In this document: piece after piece, positions 29,066 to 38,934 of the stretch
Layout of the letters: the number at the start of each line of letters is the position of its first letter
Numbering within the stretch: the first letter of the stretch is position 1
Assembly (NCBI GenBank): GCA_913043225.1
Contig: CAJWLU010000003.1
Location: 96,001 to 160,000, forward strand
Source of the DNA: an uncultured Acidobacteriota bacterium
GTDB taxonomy: Bacteria; Acidobacteriota; Vicinamibacteria; Vicinamibacterales; UBA8438
Direction of reading: 5' to 3'
DNA: 64,000 nt
Position numbers and translations under genes: made by a program
The notes under the pieces: model-generated
The model's input: only the letters and a program-made list of their open reading frames with translations
Told to the model about the DNA's origin: nothing
Databases searched by the model: none

Positions 29066-31528
29066 GTGGCTGATTACAAACTGCTCGGTAAGGACTACCA
29101 AACGCCAGACCTCTACGCGAAGGTCACCGGTCGCTCCAAGTACGCCGAGGACCATCGCGCCGAAGGCATGGTCTTCGCCAAGCTGCTGGTTAGCCCGATG
29201 CCGCACGCCCGCGTGCGCTCGATCGACACCAGCCGCGCCGAGGCCCTTCCGGGCGTCGAAGGCATCCTGACAGCCGATGACCTGCCGGAAGTGGACGAAC
29301 CAAATGAGGCGGCCCTAACCAACGAGCCGCTGTACGAGGGCGAGCCGATTCTCGCGGTCGCGGCCGTGAGCGAGCAGGTCGCTTCCGAGGCGATTGAACT
29401 CATCGAAATCGACTACGAACCGCTGCCGTTCATTCTCGACCCGCTCGACAGCCTCATGCCGGGTAGCCACAACGCCCGCACCGTCACTGTCGACGGCGAG
29501 GCGGTGAGCGCCAATACGATGGTTGGTCGCGACCCGGGCGAGGTTAAGTGGTCCGAGTCGGACGTCGCCGGCCTTGCTCCGGGTGAGATTCCGATGGACG
29601 CTCCGGCGGCCGCCGAGTGGTCGTATGGCGACGTCGAGGCCGGGTTCGCCGAGGCGGACGTCATCATCGAGGAGAACTCCTATCACCAGTCGCTGTCGCA
29701 CCAGCCGCTTGAGAGCCGGACGACGATGGCCTACTGGGAAGGCAACAAGGTCTACGTCTACCCGTCGGTGCAGAGCACGGCCCGCAGCGTTGGACCGCTG
29801 GCTCGGTTAGCTGGCGTGGAGCCGTCGGACATCGTTGTCATCAACGAATTCACCGGTGGTGGGTTCGGCAGCAAGATCAGCGGGTATGTCCAGGCACAGA
29901 TTCCCATCCTGCTGTCGAAGAAGATCGGCAAGCCGGTGCAGATGCGCGTCACCCGGCGGGACGAGACCTCGTTCGGTCGCGCCCGTCCAGGCACGCAGGC
30001 TCGCATTAAGCTCGGTATGCGGTCTGACGGTCGGATCACCGCGGTCGACATCCACGCCATTGGCGACGGCGGCCCCTACGGGCGGTCGGGCGACCATATG
30101 AACGTGGGCGGCATCGGGTCGCTCTGCTACACGCCGATGGCGATGCGGCAGCGGGGCACCGGGGTCTGGACGAACACTCCGCCGAGAGGGGCGCAGCGTG
30201 CGCCTGGTGGTGTGCAGTCGATGACCATGCTCGAGCCGATTATCCAGAAGGCGGCCAAGCGCCTGGGGCTCGATCAGGTGGCGGTCCGCCGGCTCAACGC
30301 CCCCGAAGGGCAGGCCAAGTATGGCGCGCCTGGTCGCGATGGCGAGCAGGGTAACGTGTCGAGCGCGTTCGTGAAGGAAGCGATCGACGCTGGCGCCGGG
30401 GCCTTCAACTGGAGCGAGCGTATCCAGCGGAGCGGTGAGCGTAACGGCTCCAAGGTGACCGGCTTTGGTGTCTGCGTGAGCTCGTATGCCGCCGGTGCGT
30501 CCGGTGTTGACGGGCTGTTCGTCATCAAGCCCGATGGCCGGATGTATATCCAGTCCGGAATCGGGAATCTGGGTACCGAGTCGACCTTCGACACGATGCG
30601 CGCAGCGGCCGAGGGTATGGACATGCCCTGGGAAAAGTGCGATGTGGTCTGGGGCGATTCCTCGCGCCATCTGCCCTGGAGCTGTTCGCAGGGTGGTAGC
30701 TCGACGGTGCATGCGCACACCCGCGCCAACTGGGCGGCTGTCGAAGACGCCACCCAGAAGATGAAGGAGGTCGCGGCGCGTGACCTCGGTGGTTCGCCCG
30801 ACAGCTACGAGATTGGTGGCGAGCGGGTCTACCGTCGCGGCAATCGGGGCCAGGGCCTGAGCTTCGCCCAGGTTGCGCAGCGTGCCATCGACCTGGGCGG
30901 CAAGTACGACGGCAATGAGCTCCCGGAGGACATCAACGGCATGACCACCGCGTCGGCGACTGCGCTTGCCGGCCAGGGCCTGATGGGTGTCGCGAAGGAC
31001 AACTACGAAGAAGGCGGCCGCCGTATGTCGTTTGCGGTCGGTTTCGCCGAGGTCGAGGTCGACATCGAGACAGGGGACATCAAGATCATCGACTATGCGG
31101 CCGGCACCGATGCTGGCACCATCATTCACCCCAGGGCCTACGGTGCGCAGGTGCTTGCCGGCGCAATTCAAGGTTTCTCTGTTGCCTTGAGCCAGAAGTG
31201 GGTCTATGACCGTCGATGGGGCCTGTTGGTAGCGAAGCGGTTCTACAGCAACCGCCCGCCTAGCATCATGGACGTGCCCCATGAGCGGCCGATGGAGTGG
31301 GTGAATGCCGACCTACCGGATCCCTTCAACCCTCTTGGTGCGAAGGGTATCGGTGAGGCAGCGCAGGGCGCCGGTTCGGGTGCGGTGGTCAACGCCATCG
31401 CCGACGCGCTGGATTCTCTGGGCGACGATACGGGCGACTTCTATCGCTCGCCAGTCACACGAGATATGATTCTGACCAAGCTCGAGCAGGCTCCGATTGG
31501 TCACGACCGGCTGACGGCTCACGTCTAA
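29066..31528 (+). CDS. Xanthine dehydrogenase-family molybdopterin-binding subunit
   Basis: KVTGRSKY, SPMPHA, HQPLE, GGGFGSK, QRAPG, QGGSS, AEVEVDIETG, KGIGE. Confidence 0.93.
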   Translation: MADYKLLGKDYQTPDLYAKVTGRSKYAEDHRAEGMVFAKLLVSPMPHARVRSIDTSRAEALPGVEGILTADDLPEVDEPNEAALTNEPLYEGEPILAVAAVSEQVASEAIELIEIDYEPLPFILDPLDSLMPGSHNARTVTVDGEAVSANTMVGRDPGEVKWSESDVAGLAPGEIPMDAPAAAEWSYGDVEAGFAEADVIIEENSYHQSLSHQPLESRTTMAYWEGNKVYVYPSVQSTARSVGPLARLAGVEPSDIVVINEFTGGGFGSKISGYVQAQIPILLSKKIGKPVQMRVTRRDETSFGRARPGTQARIKLGMRSDGRITAVDIHAIGDGGPYGRSGDHMNVGGIGSLCYTPMAMRQRGTGVWTNTPPRGAQRAPGGVQSMTMLEPIIQKAAKRLGLDQVAVRRLNAPEGQAKYGAPGRDGEQGNVSSAFVKEAIDAGAGAFNWSERIQRSGERNGSKVTGFGVCVSSYAAGASGVDGLFVIKPDGRMYIQSGIGNLGTESTFDTMRAAAEGMDMPWEKCDVVWGDSSRHLPWSCSQGGSSTVHAHTRANWAAVEDATQKMKEVAARDLGGSPDSYEIGGERVYRRGNRGQGLSFAQVAQRAIDLGGKYDGNELPEDINGMTTASATALAGQGLMGVAKDNYEEGGRRMSFAVGFAEVEVDIETGDIKIIDYAAGTDAGTIIHPRAYGAQVLAGAIQGFSVALSQKWVYDRRWGLLVAKRFYSNRPPSIMDVPHERPMEWVNADLPDPFNPLGAKGIGEAAQGAGSGAVVNAIADALDSLGDDTGDFYRSPVTRDMILTKLEQAPIGHDRLTAHV

Positions 31529-31562
31529 GGCATAGACGAAAGAGCCTGGGGAGGCATTCAAG

Positions 31563-32567
31563 ATGGCCGTAATTCGCGACGTAATTCCTCAACTTGAGCT
31601 GTTCCAGCCGTCAAGTACTGACGACGCGTTGGCATTGCTGGCCGAGCACGGGTCGGATGCTTGGGTCTATGCCGGTGGGCTGGACACGCTCGACTGGTTC
31701 AAGGATCGAGTGAAGCGACCGCGCGTGGTTGTCGATCTCGGTGGCATTGACTCGATGCGTGAGATTCGGTCGACCTCAGATGGCATAGAAATTGGTGCCA
31801 TGGCGACCCTGATCTCTGTCATCGACAACCCGGAAGTACGGTCGCAGTTCCCGGCGCTGGCCTACTCGGCCAAGTCGGCAGCGTCGCCGCAGATCCGGCA
31901 TCAGGGCACCATTGGCGGGAACATCGGGCAAGACACCCGCTGCTGGTACTACCGGGACGGCTGGACCTGCTATCGGGCAGGCGGCAACATCTGCTACGCC
32001 AGCCCCCCGACCGCGATGAACCGTGAGCACTGCATCCTCGGGGCGAGTCGCTGCGTGGCGGTCAACCCGTCGGATACGGCACCCACGCTTGTGGCCTTGG
32101 AAGCCGAGATGGTCGTCCGACGCGGCAACTCCGAGCGTGTCGTGGCGGCTGAAGACTTCTTTGTTGGCCCCGAGATTGACATCGAGCGGATGACCGTCCT
32201 GGAGCCAGGCGATTTGCTGATGTCCATTCGTGTGCCTTCGAAGTGGGCCAACTCTCGCGTCTATTTTGAGAAGGTCCGCGACCGCGATTCCTGGGACTTC
32301 CCGCTGGCCAACGTAGCGACCGCGATTCGTGAGAACGGCGGGACCATCGAAGAGGCGCGCGTGGTGGTCAACGGTGTCGCACCGACACCGGTTCGGCTGA
32401 CCGCCGTCGAAAGTGCCATCATCGGGCAGCCGCGGAACGAGCAGACTGCGGAGCAGGCGGGCAACGTTTCGATTCAGGGCGTGGCGCCGCTGACCCACAA
32501 TGGCTACAAGGTCAATCTAATGAAGAACTTGGTGAAGCGGTCGATTCGCGACGAGCCTCTGGCCTAG
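31563..32567 (+). CDS. Xanthine dehydrogenase-family FAD subunit with [4Fe-4S] insert (PaoB-like)
   Basis: AGGLD, ASPQIRHQGTIGGN, RCWYYR..C......C...C..PSD insert, HNGYK. Confidence 0.92.
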   Translation: MAVIRDVIPQLELFQPSSTDDALALLAEHGSDAWVYAGGLDTLDWFKDRVKRPRVVVDLGGIDSMREIRSTSDGIEIGAMATLISVIDNPEVRSQFPALAYSAKSAASPQIRHQGTIGGNIGQDTRCWYYRDGWTCYRAGGNICYASPPTAMNREHCILGASRCVAVNPSDTAPTLVALEAEMVVRRGNSERVVAAEDFFVGPEIDIERMTVLEPGDLLMSIRVPSKWANSRVYFEKVRDRDSWDFPLANVATAIRENGGTIEEARVVVNGVAPTPVRLTAVESAIIGQPRNEQTAEQAGNVSIQGVAPLTHNGYKVNLMKNLVKRSIRDEPLA

Positions 32568-32593
32568 TTCTACATAGCAACGGTAGGTTTCGG

Positions 32594-32626
32594 AGAGCCG
32601 GGGCGCTTCACGCTCCGGCTCTTCGT
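32594..32626 (+). terminator. Terminator-like hairpin after the oxidoreductase operon
   Basis: AGAGCCGGGGCG-cttca-CGCTCCGGCTCT, 12-bp stem with one G-U pair. Confidence 0.55.
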
Positions 32627-32761
32627 CTGTACGCCCCAAGTCGTCGAGGTAATCGTAGGAGAGGAACCGCCGTGCACCAGACCGTAGCGGGCCTGAGCCA
32701 ACTCGGCCATCACCTGCAGGAGAGCTTCGGTGACGCTTGGAGGAGCTTGAAGAACGGCGCT

Positions 32762-33283
32762 CTAGTACACGATGAACTCCAGCAGATTCCCGTCTGGGTC
32801 CCGGATATAGCGGCTCGTGCCCTCGGCCGTGCCTAGCGCCCGACCTCCGACCCGGGGGGCCGGGCCTTCGATGATGTCGGCGCCGACTCGGGCCAGGAGG
32901 GCGTCCAGCGCTTCCTCGCTCTCTCCCCACACGAAGCAATAGTCACCGCACGGGGGCTCGGCAGCGGGGGCGCGCAGGGTGAACGTGCCGCTCTCCCAGA
33001 ACTCCGGTCGGTGCATGTTGAGCTTGCTGTCACCGAACGCGGCGGCACAGATGGTCGGTCCCTCGATGATCGTGAAACCTAGCGACCGATAGAACGACAG
33101 CATCGCGTCCGTATCTCGCAGCGGGACCGAGACATGGTCGAAGGAGCGGAGCGGGTTCGTCGTTTGCGCCGTAGCCCCCTGCTCGGTCGCCCCGAGCCCC
33201 GAGGAAACTCCTAGACCACCCGCCAGCGTACGTCGGATGAACTGTCGCCGGGATGCCTGACTCTGTTCTGTCCGCTGCTCCAT
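32762..33283 (-). CDS. Tat-exported VOC/glyoxalase-family protein
   Basis: SRRQFI; FDHVSV; DYCF; SRYIRDPDGNLLEF. Confidence 0.85.
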   Translation of the reverse strand: MEQRTEQSQASRRQFIRRTLAGGLGVSSGLGATEQGATAQTTNPLRSFDHVSVPLRDTDAMLSFYRSLGFTIIEGPTICAAAFGDSKLNMHRPEFWESGTFTLRAPAAEPPCGDYCFVWGESEEALDALLARVGADIIEGPAPRVGGRALGTAEGTSRYIRDPDGNLLEFIVY

Positions 33284-33362
33284 GCCTTCGCCTCCTCTAC
33301 GGCACCTCGTTTGCGTTGGACCGAGTCTACCAGCGGAAGCACCGCGGCTTCGGGGAAACCGA

Positions 33363-33466
33363 CCTCTGCTCTGAGGCGCCGTTGCGGCCCCGGGGGATGC
33401 TGAACCGCAACGTTAAAGAAATAGAGAGGATGTGCTACCAGAGGGACCGGCGTTTCAGAGTAGAGG
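33363..33466. repeat. 19-bp imperfect inverted repeat enclosing a second hairpin (structured RNA or MITE-like element)
   Basis: CCTCTGCTCTGAGGCGCCG (33363-33381) pairs with CGGCGTTTCAGAGTAGAGG (33448-33466). All three mismatches are G-U on the + strand. Confidence 0.6.
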
Positions 33467-33566
33467 CCTCCAGCGTAGCCGTCCGGTACCGGGACGGTCT
33501 GAAGTCGTTCGAAGGGGGAACCCCGATGGTCGCCTGGTGTACCATGGACCGATAAGGCAGTTCCGC

Positions 33567-36029
33567 ATGACGATCAAACTGCGACGGATGGGGTGGTGGG
33601 CCCTCAGCGCTGTCCTGGGGTTCGGAGCGATCGGCGCCGACAGGTTGGGGGCCCAGCCGGCGGGTGATGCCGCACCCGGGTACCGCGAGCTCCTCGACCG
33701 GTACTGTGTCACCTGTCACAATCCACATCTCCGTACGGCCGATCTGAGTCTGGCGTCGGAAGACGTCGACCTGCGCGATGTCGGTGCCCACGCTGACATC
33801 TGGGAACGAGTAGTCCGGAGATTGCGGGCCGGTGCGATGCCACCTGCCCCTCGACCGCGCCCGGCGGCCGACCAGTACGACGCGTTCACGGGATGGCTCG
33901 AGGTCGAGCTCGACCGTGCCGCAGAGCGGAACCCGAATCCCGGGCGGACGGATACGTTTCATCGGCTGAACCGGAGCGAGTATCACAACGTCATCCGCGA
34001 CCTCCTCGCGCTCGATGTGGACGTGCGGCAACTGCTTCCCGCCGACGACGGGAGCTACGGTTTCGACAATATCGCAGGCGTGCTCGGGATGTCGCCCACG
34101 TTGCTGGAACGCTATCTGGCGGCGGCGAAGAAGATCGGCCGGCTGGCGGTGGGCCGATCGGCGGACTCACCCATTGCCGAGACCTTCCGTCTAGCGACGG
34201 ATCTGAGTCAGGACACCCGCGTGGAGGGGTTACCGTTCGGGACCCGGGGTGGGACGGAGATCGAGTTTACGTTCCCGGAGGATGCGGTTTACGCGTTCCA
34301 GGTCACGCTCGGACGGGACGCCAGTGGCACGCTGAAGGTGTTCGATACGCCACATCAGCTCGAGGTGAGTCTGGATGGCGCGCCGCTTGAGACTTTCGTG
34401 GTTGGGGCACCGCCGCCGGAGGGGGTCGAGCGATCGGGTGAGGAGTATCGCGCGTATCTGGCCGCGCAGCGTGGTATCGACGAGGGTTGGGAGGTTCGCG
34501 CGCCGGTCCGGGCCGGTCCTCATACCGTAAGGGTTACCTTCCACCAGAAGACCACCGCCTACGCCGAGAGTCTTAGGCAACCCTTCCTGCGTCCCTATAC
34601 CAGCATCACGGGTGGTGATACCCGTTACCAACCCTACGTGGGCGCGGTGACCATTGCTGGCCCCTATGAGGCTAGCGGCGCCCGTCCGGTGGAGCCGACT
34701 CCCAGTCGGCAACTGATCTTCGTGTGCCAGCCGGCGGCCGGCGACCGCGCAGACGAGGATCGGTGTGCCCGCGAGATCTTCACCACCCTGGCTCGACGCG
34801 CCTATCGGCGACCCGCGACTGAGGCTGAGCTCGCCGTGCTGCTCGACTTCTTTTCCGAGGGCCGGGTTGATGGTTTTGACGCCGGGGTCGAGCTCGGCTT
34901 GCGGCGCCTGCTTGCCAGCCCAGAGTTCCTGTTTCGGGTCGAACGGGAACCACCTGACGCTGTGCCGGCCACGCCCTACCGAGTCGGTGCCCTCGAATTG
35001 GCGTCACGCCTGTCCTTCTTCCTGTGGAGCAGCATTCCCGATGAACCGCTGCTCGAAGCGGCTATCGACGGTTCGCTGCTCCGACCTGAGGTGCTCGAAG
35101 CGCAGGCCCGCCGTATGCTCGACGACCCGCGATCGAACGCCCTCGTCGATAACTTCGCCGGACAGTGGCTCTATCTCCGCAACGTCCGGGCGCTGACGCC
35201 GGACGAAGATCTGTTCCCGGATTTCGGTGAAGCCCTGCGGCGGTCATTCCAGCGTGAGACGGAATTGTTCTTCGAGAGCATCCTTCGGGAAGACCGGAGC
35301 GTGCTGGAGTTCCTGACTGCGGACTATACGTTCGTGGATGAGCGTCTGGCCAGACACTACGGGATTCCGAACATTTATGGGAGCCACTTCCGGCGCATCT
35401 CGTTGGCGGGTGAGAGCCGGCGGGGGTTGTTGGGGCATGGCAGCATCCTGGCGGCGACCGCCTACCCCACGCGGACGTCGCCGGTGCTGCGCGGCAAGTG
35501 GGTGCTGGAGAATCTCCTCGGCACTCCGCCGCCGCTGCCTCCCCCGGACGTGCCTTCGCTCGAAGAGACCACTGAGGAAGGTGCGTCGCTCTCGATGCGG
35601 GAGGCGATGGAGAAGCACCGCGCCAATCCGGTGTGTTCCAGTTGCCATCGCATCATGGACCCGCCCGGCTTCGCCATGGAGGAGTTCGATGCGGTAGGTC
35701 GGTTCCGGACCCACAGCGAATCGAATCAACCGATCGACGCAACCGGGATACTGCCGGATGGCACCCCGTTCGAGGGTGTAGCGGGCCTGCGCGAGGCGCT
35801 GCTCGGCCGACCGGGGCTGTTCGTGACAACGCTGTCGGAGAAGCTGTTGACCTATGCTCTGGGTCGCGGAGTGGAGCATTACGACGCTCCGGCGATCCGG
35901 GCCATGACCCAAGCGGCGGAAGTCGAAGACCATCGGTTTTCGTCGCTCATCCTTGGCGTGGTCCGAAGCCAACCGTTCCAGATGCGGATGGCCGCGCCCT
36001 CTATCCAGGGGGAATCGGCCAACCCCTGA
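33567..36029 (+). CDS. DUF1592-family c-type cytochrome (second copy)
   Basis: Signal peptide; CVTCH..MPP; HRLNRSEY; ELASRLSFFLWSSIPD; RTSPVLRGKW; HRANPVCSSCH. Start set at ATG 33567. Confidence 0.92.
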   Translation: MTIKLRRMGWWALSAVLGFGAIGADRLGAQPAGDAAPGYRELLDRYCVTCHNPHLRTADLSLASEDVDLRDVGAHADIWERVVRRLRAGAMPPAPRPRPAADQYDAFTGWLEVELDRAAERNPNPGRTDTFHRLNRSEYHNVIRDLLALDVDVRQLLPADDGSYGFDNIAGVLGMSPTLLERYLAAAKKIGRLAVGRSADSPIAETFRLATDLSQDTRVEGLPFGTRGGTEIEFTFPEDAVYAFQVTLGRDASGTLKVFDTPHQLEVSLDGAPLETFVVGAPPPEGVERSGEEYRAYLAAQRGIDEGWEVRAPVRAGPHTVRVTFHQKTTAYAESLRQPFLRPYTSITGGDTRYQPYVGAVTIAGPYEASGARPVEPTPSRQLIFVCQPAAGDRADEDRCAREIFTTLARRAYRRPATEAELAVLLDFFSEGRVDGFDAGVELGLRRLLASPEFLFRVEREPPDAVPATPYRVGALELASRLSFFLWSSIPDEPLLEAAIDGSLLRPEVLEAQARRMLDDPRSNALVDNFAGQWLYLRNVRALTPDEDLFPDFGEALRRSFQRETELFFESILREDRSVLEFLTADYTFVDERLARHYGIPNIYGSHFRRISLAGESRRGLLGHGSILAATAYPTRTSPVLRGKWVLENLLGTPPPLPPPDVPSLEETTEEGASLSMREAMEKHRANPVCSSCHRIMDPPGFAMEEFDAVGRFRTHSESNQPIDATGILPDGTPFEGVAGLREALLGRPGLFVTTLSEKLLTYALGRGVEHYDAPAIRAMTQAAEVEDHRFSSLILGVVRSQPFQMRMAAPSIQGESANP

Positions 36030-36041
36030 TTAGGACACCTC

Positions 36042-37400
36042 ATGATCATCAAGAAGCTGTCGTTGCCCCGTCGTACATTTCTTCGGGGTCTCGGCGCCGC
36101 GGTGGCGCTGCCGTTGCTCGACGCTATGGTGCCGGCGTTGCCCGGGAGTTCACGGGTGGCGCGTGCCGCTGGCGCGCCGGTGAGCCGTTTAGGGTTCGTC
36201 TATATCCCCAACGGCGCGGTGATGCAGCAGTGGACCCCGGGCGAGTCCGGCGTCGGCTTCGAGCTCTCGCCGATCCTGCGTCCGCTGGAGCCGTATCGCG
36301 ATCAGCTCACCGTGGTGAGCGGCCTGGCGCACGGACAGGCGGAGCCGCTAGGTGATGGCAACGGGGAGCACTCGCGGGCCAGTGCCACCTGGCTGAACGG
36401 AGTCCATCCTAAGCAGACCGAGGGTGCAGACGTGCGGGCCGGCGTCACGGCCGATCAACTGGCCGCCGAAGCGCTCGGGAGCGACACTCCGCTGCCGTCG
36501 CTCGAGCTCGCCATCGACCTTGACGGCCTGGTCGGCAACTGCGAGAACGGTTACAGCTGCGTCTATCTGAATACGGTCGCGTGGCGTTCGGCTACGACCC
36601 CGCTGCCGATGGAGAACAATCCGCGGGTTGTGTTCGAACGACTCTTCGGCGATGGCGGAACCACCGAGCAGCGCGTGGTCGAGATGCGGCGCGACCGGAG
36701 CATCCTCGACTCGGTGACCGACGATCTGGCCTCACTGGAACGCGAGATCGGCGCGGGAGACCGCGCCCGCCTCGACCAGTACCTCGATGCCATTCGGGCG
36801 CTCGAACGGCGGATCCAGCTCGCCGAGGCGCAGAGCGCCGACGCCGAGCTGCCGGAGCTCGCCCGTCCGGTCGGTATTCCCGGCACCTATGAGGAGCACG
36901 TCAAGCTAATGTTCGATCTGGTCGCGTTGGCTTATCAGGCCGACATCACCAGGGTCTTCACTTTCATGCTCGGCCGGGAGCTTGGCGGCCGCACTTATCC
37001 GCACCTGGGGGTACCGGACCCGCATCACGGGCTGTCGCATCACCGGAACGATCCCGAGAAGCTCGACAAGCTGGCCAGGATCAACACGTATCACATGGGG
37101 CTCTTCACGCACTTCCTGGAGAATCTCACCGGCACGCCTGACGGTGACGGTTCGTTGCTCGACCACTCGATGGTGCTGTACGGCGGGGGCTTGGGCGACA
37201 GCAACGACCACGCGCACTTTGACCTTCCCGAACTGGTGGTCGGCGGTGGTGCGGGACGACTTGCCGGCAACCGGCATCTCCGCTATCCGAAGGACACGCC
37301 GATGACCAACCTGCTGGTCAGCATTCTGGAGAAGGCAGGTCTTCGCACCGAGACGCTGGGGGACAGCACTGGCCAGATCGGTGAGCTGGTGGGTGTCTAG
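36042..37400 (+). CDS. DUF1552-family protein (Tat-type signal)
   Basis: PRRTFLRGLGAAVALPLLDAM; GNCENGYSCVY; HHGLSHH; GDSTG. Confidence 0.92.
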   Translation: MIIKKLSLPRRTFLRGLGAAVALPLLDAMVPALPGSSRVARAAGAPVSRLGFVYIPNGAVMQQWTPGESGVGFELSPILRPLEPYRDQLTVVSGLAHGQAEPLGDGNGEHSRASATWLNGVHPKQTEGADVRAGVTADQLAAEALGSDTPLPSLELAIDLDGLVGNCENGYSCVYLNTVAWRSATTPLPMENNPRVVFERLFGDGGTTEQRVVEMRRDRSILDSVTDDLASLEREIGAGDRARLDQYLDAIRALERRIQLAEAQSADAELPELARPVGIPGTYEEHVKLMFDLVALAYQADITRVFTFMLGRELGGRTYPHLGVPDPHHGLSHHRNDPEKLDKLARINTYHMGLFTHFLENLTGTPDGDGSLLDHSMVLYGGGLGDSNDHAHFDLPELVVGGGAGRLAGNRHLRYPKDTPMTNLLVSILEKAGLRTETLGDSTGQIGELVGV

Positions 37401-37412
37401 CGCGACTGGGGC

Positions 37413-38861
37413 GTGTCGAAGAGGATGGTCATGACCAAGCTGGGCGTCCGGTGGGGGTCGACGGTCGCCTTGTGGCTGGCGGTTTTCGCACCGGCGGCCG
37501 CTGCGGCGCCTGCCGACGGACCTTTGCTGACCGCCGTGCGAGGGGGCGACGCCGAACAGGTGCGCGCGCTGCTCGCCATCGGAGCCGATCCGGACGCGTC
37601 CGCCTCAGATGGTGGAACGGCCCTCCTATGGGCCGCTGAGGCAGGTGACGATACGCTAACCAGGATGTTGCTCGAAGCCGGGGCGGCCGCGGATCGCGCC
37701 AACCGCTTCGGGGCGACGCCTCTGCTCGTGGCCGCGACCGGCGGGCATGCCGGCGTTCTGGAACTGCTGCTCACGGCGGGTGCCGACCCCGACCTGGCGA
37801 TGCCGGAAGGAGAGACCGCACTCATGCGTGCCGCTCGGTCCGGCCGAGCCGATGCCGTGGGAGCGTTGATCGACCATGGCGCGGAGATCGACGTTCGGGA
37901 ACAGTGGCGTGGGCAAACGGCTCTCATGTGGGCGGCGGTGGAAGGTAGCACGACGGTGGCGCGTACTCTACTGGCCGCCGGAGCCGACGCCCACGTACGA
38001 TCCAGAGGAGGGTTCACACCGCTGCTTTTTGCGGTGCGACACAATCAGCTCGAGACGCTGGATGCGTTGGTCGAGGGTGGGGCCGACGTGGACGATGCCC
38101 TGCCAAGTGGGCTGAGCGCGCTGTGTCTCGCGACGCTCAACGCCCACTATGATCTTGGGGTCTGGCTGCTCGAACACGGGGCCGACCCGAATGCCGACGG
38201 CCAAGGCTGGACGGCGCTCCATCAGCTGGTTTGGGCCCGTCGTCCCAACCTCGGTTACAACAACCCGGCGCCGAACCCGACCGGTCGGGTGTCGGACCTC
38301 GAGTTTGTCGAGGCGCTGGTCGCTCATGGTGCCAACGTCAACTCGCTCGAGACAAAGGAGCCGCGCGGCGCGGACGGATCCGGCTCACCGGTCGGCTATC
38401 GGAACGTGCTGAACCGTGTCGGGGCCACGCCGTTCCTGCTGGCTGCCAAGGCGGCAGACGTCGAGTTGATGCATCGTCTCATCGAACTCGGAGCCGACCC
38501 ACTGCTTCCGAACGAGGACGGCACCACCCCGCTGATGGTTGCGGCTGGGGTCGGTATTTGGGCCGTGGGTGAGAGTCCGGGGACCAATGAAGAGGCGCTC
38601 AAGGCCGTGAAGCTCATGCTGGAGCTTGGTGATAGCCCGACCACCGTCGATGGTAACGGGGACACGGCCCTGCACGGCGCAGTCATTCGAGGCTCTGAGC
38701 CGCTAGTGCGCTTCCTGCTGGAACTTGGCGCAGACCTGGAAGCGGAGAACGAGAAAGGTTGGACCCCACTTACCATTGCCAAGGGGGTCTTCTACTCCAA
38801 TACCGGTAAGCGGTGGCCAGAGATGGAGCGGTTGCTCATCGAGCTTGGGGCGACGAAGTAG
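37413..38861 (+). CDS. Secreted ankyrin-repeat protein
   Basis: Signal peptide; multiple ankyrin repeats; GATPFLLAA; paralog of 24619. Confidence 0.92.
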   Translation: MSKRMVMTKLGVRWGSTVALWLAVFAPAAAAAPADGPLLTAVRGGDAEQVRALLAIGADPDASASDGGTALLWAAEAGDDTLTRMLLEAGAAADRANRFGATPLLVAATGGHAGVLELLLTAGADPDLAMPEGETALMRAARSGRADAVGALIDHGAEIDVREQWRGQTALMWAAVEGSTTVARTLLAAGADAHVRSRGGFTPLLFAVRHNQLETLDALVEGGADVDDALPSGLSALCLATLNAHYDLGVWLLEHGADPNADGQGWTALHQLVWARRPNLGYNNPAPNPTGRVSDLEFVEALVAHGANVNSLETKEPRGADGSGSPVGYRNVLNRVGATPFLLAAKAADVELMHRLIELGADPLLPNEDGTTPLMVAAGVGIWAVGESPGTNEEALKAVKLMLELGDSPTTVDGNGDTALHGAVIRGSEPLVRFLLELGADLEAENEKGWTPLTIAKGVFYSNTGKRWPEMERLLIELGATK

Positions 38862-38874
38862 GGCGAAACAGGGC

Positions 38875-38918
38875 GTACACCACAACGGCCGGGCAGAAGC
38901 CCGGCCGTTGTGGTGTAC
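38875..38918. terminator. Perfect 20-bp hairpin between convergent genes
   Basis: GTACACCACAACGGCCGGGC-agaa-GCCCGGCCGTTGTGGTGTAC. Confidence 0.8.
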
Positions 38919-38934
38919 CGGTGGGCGTCGAGGC

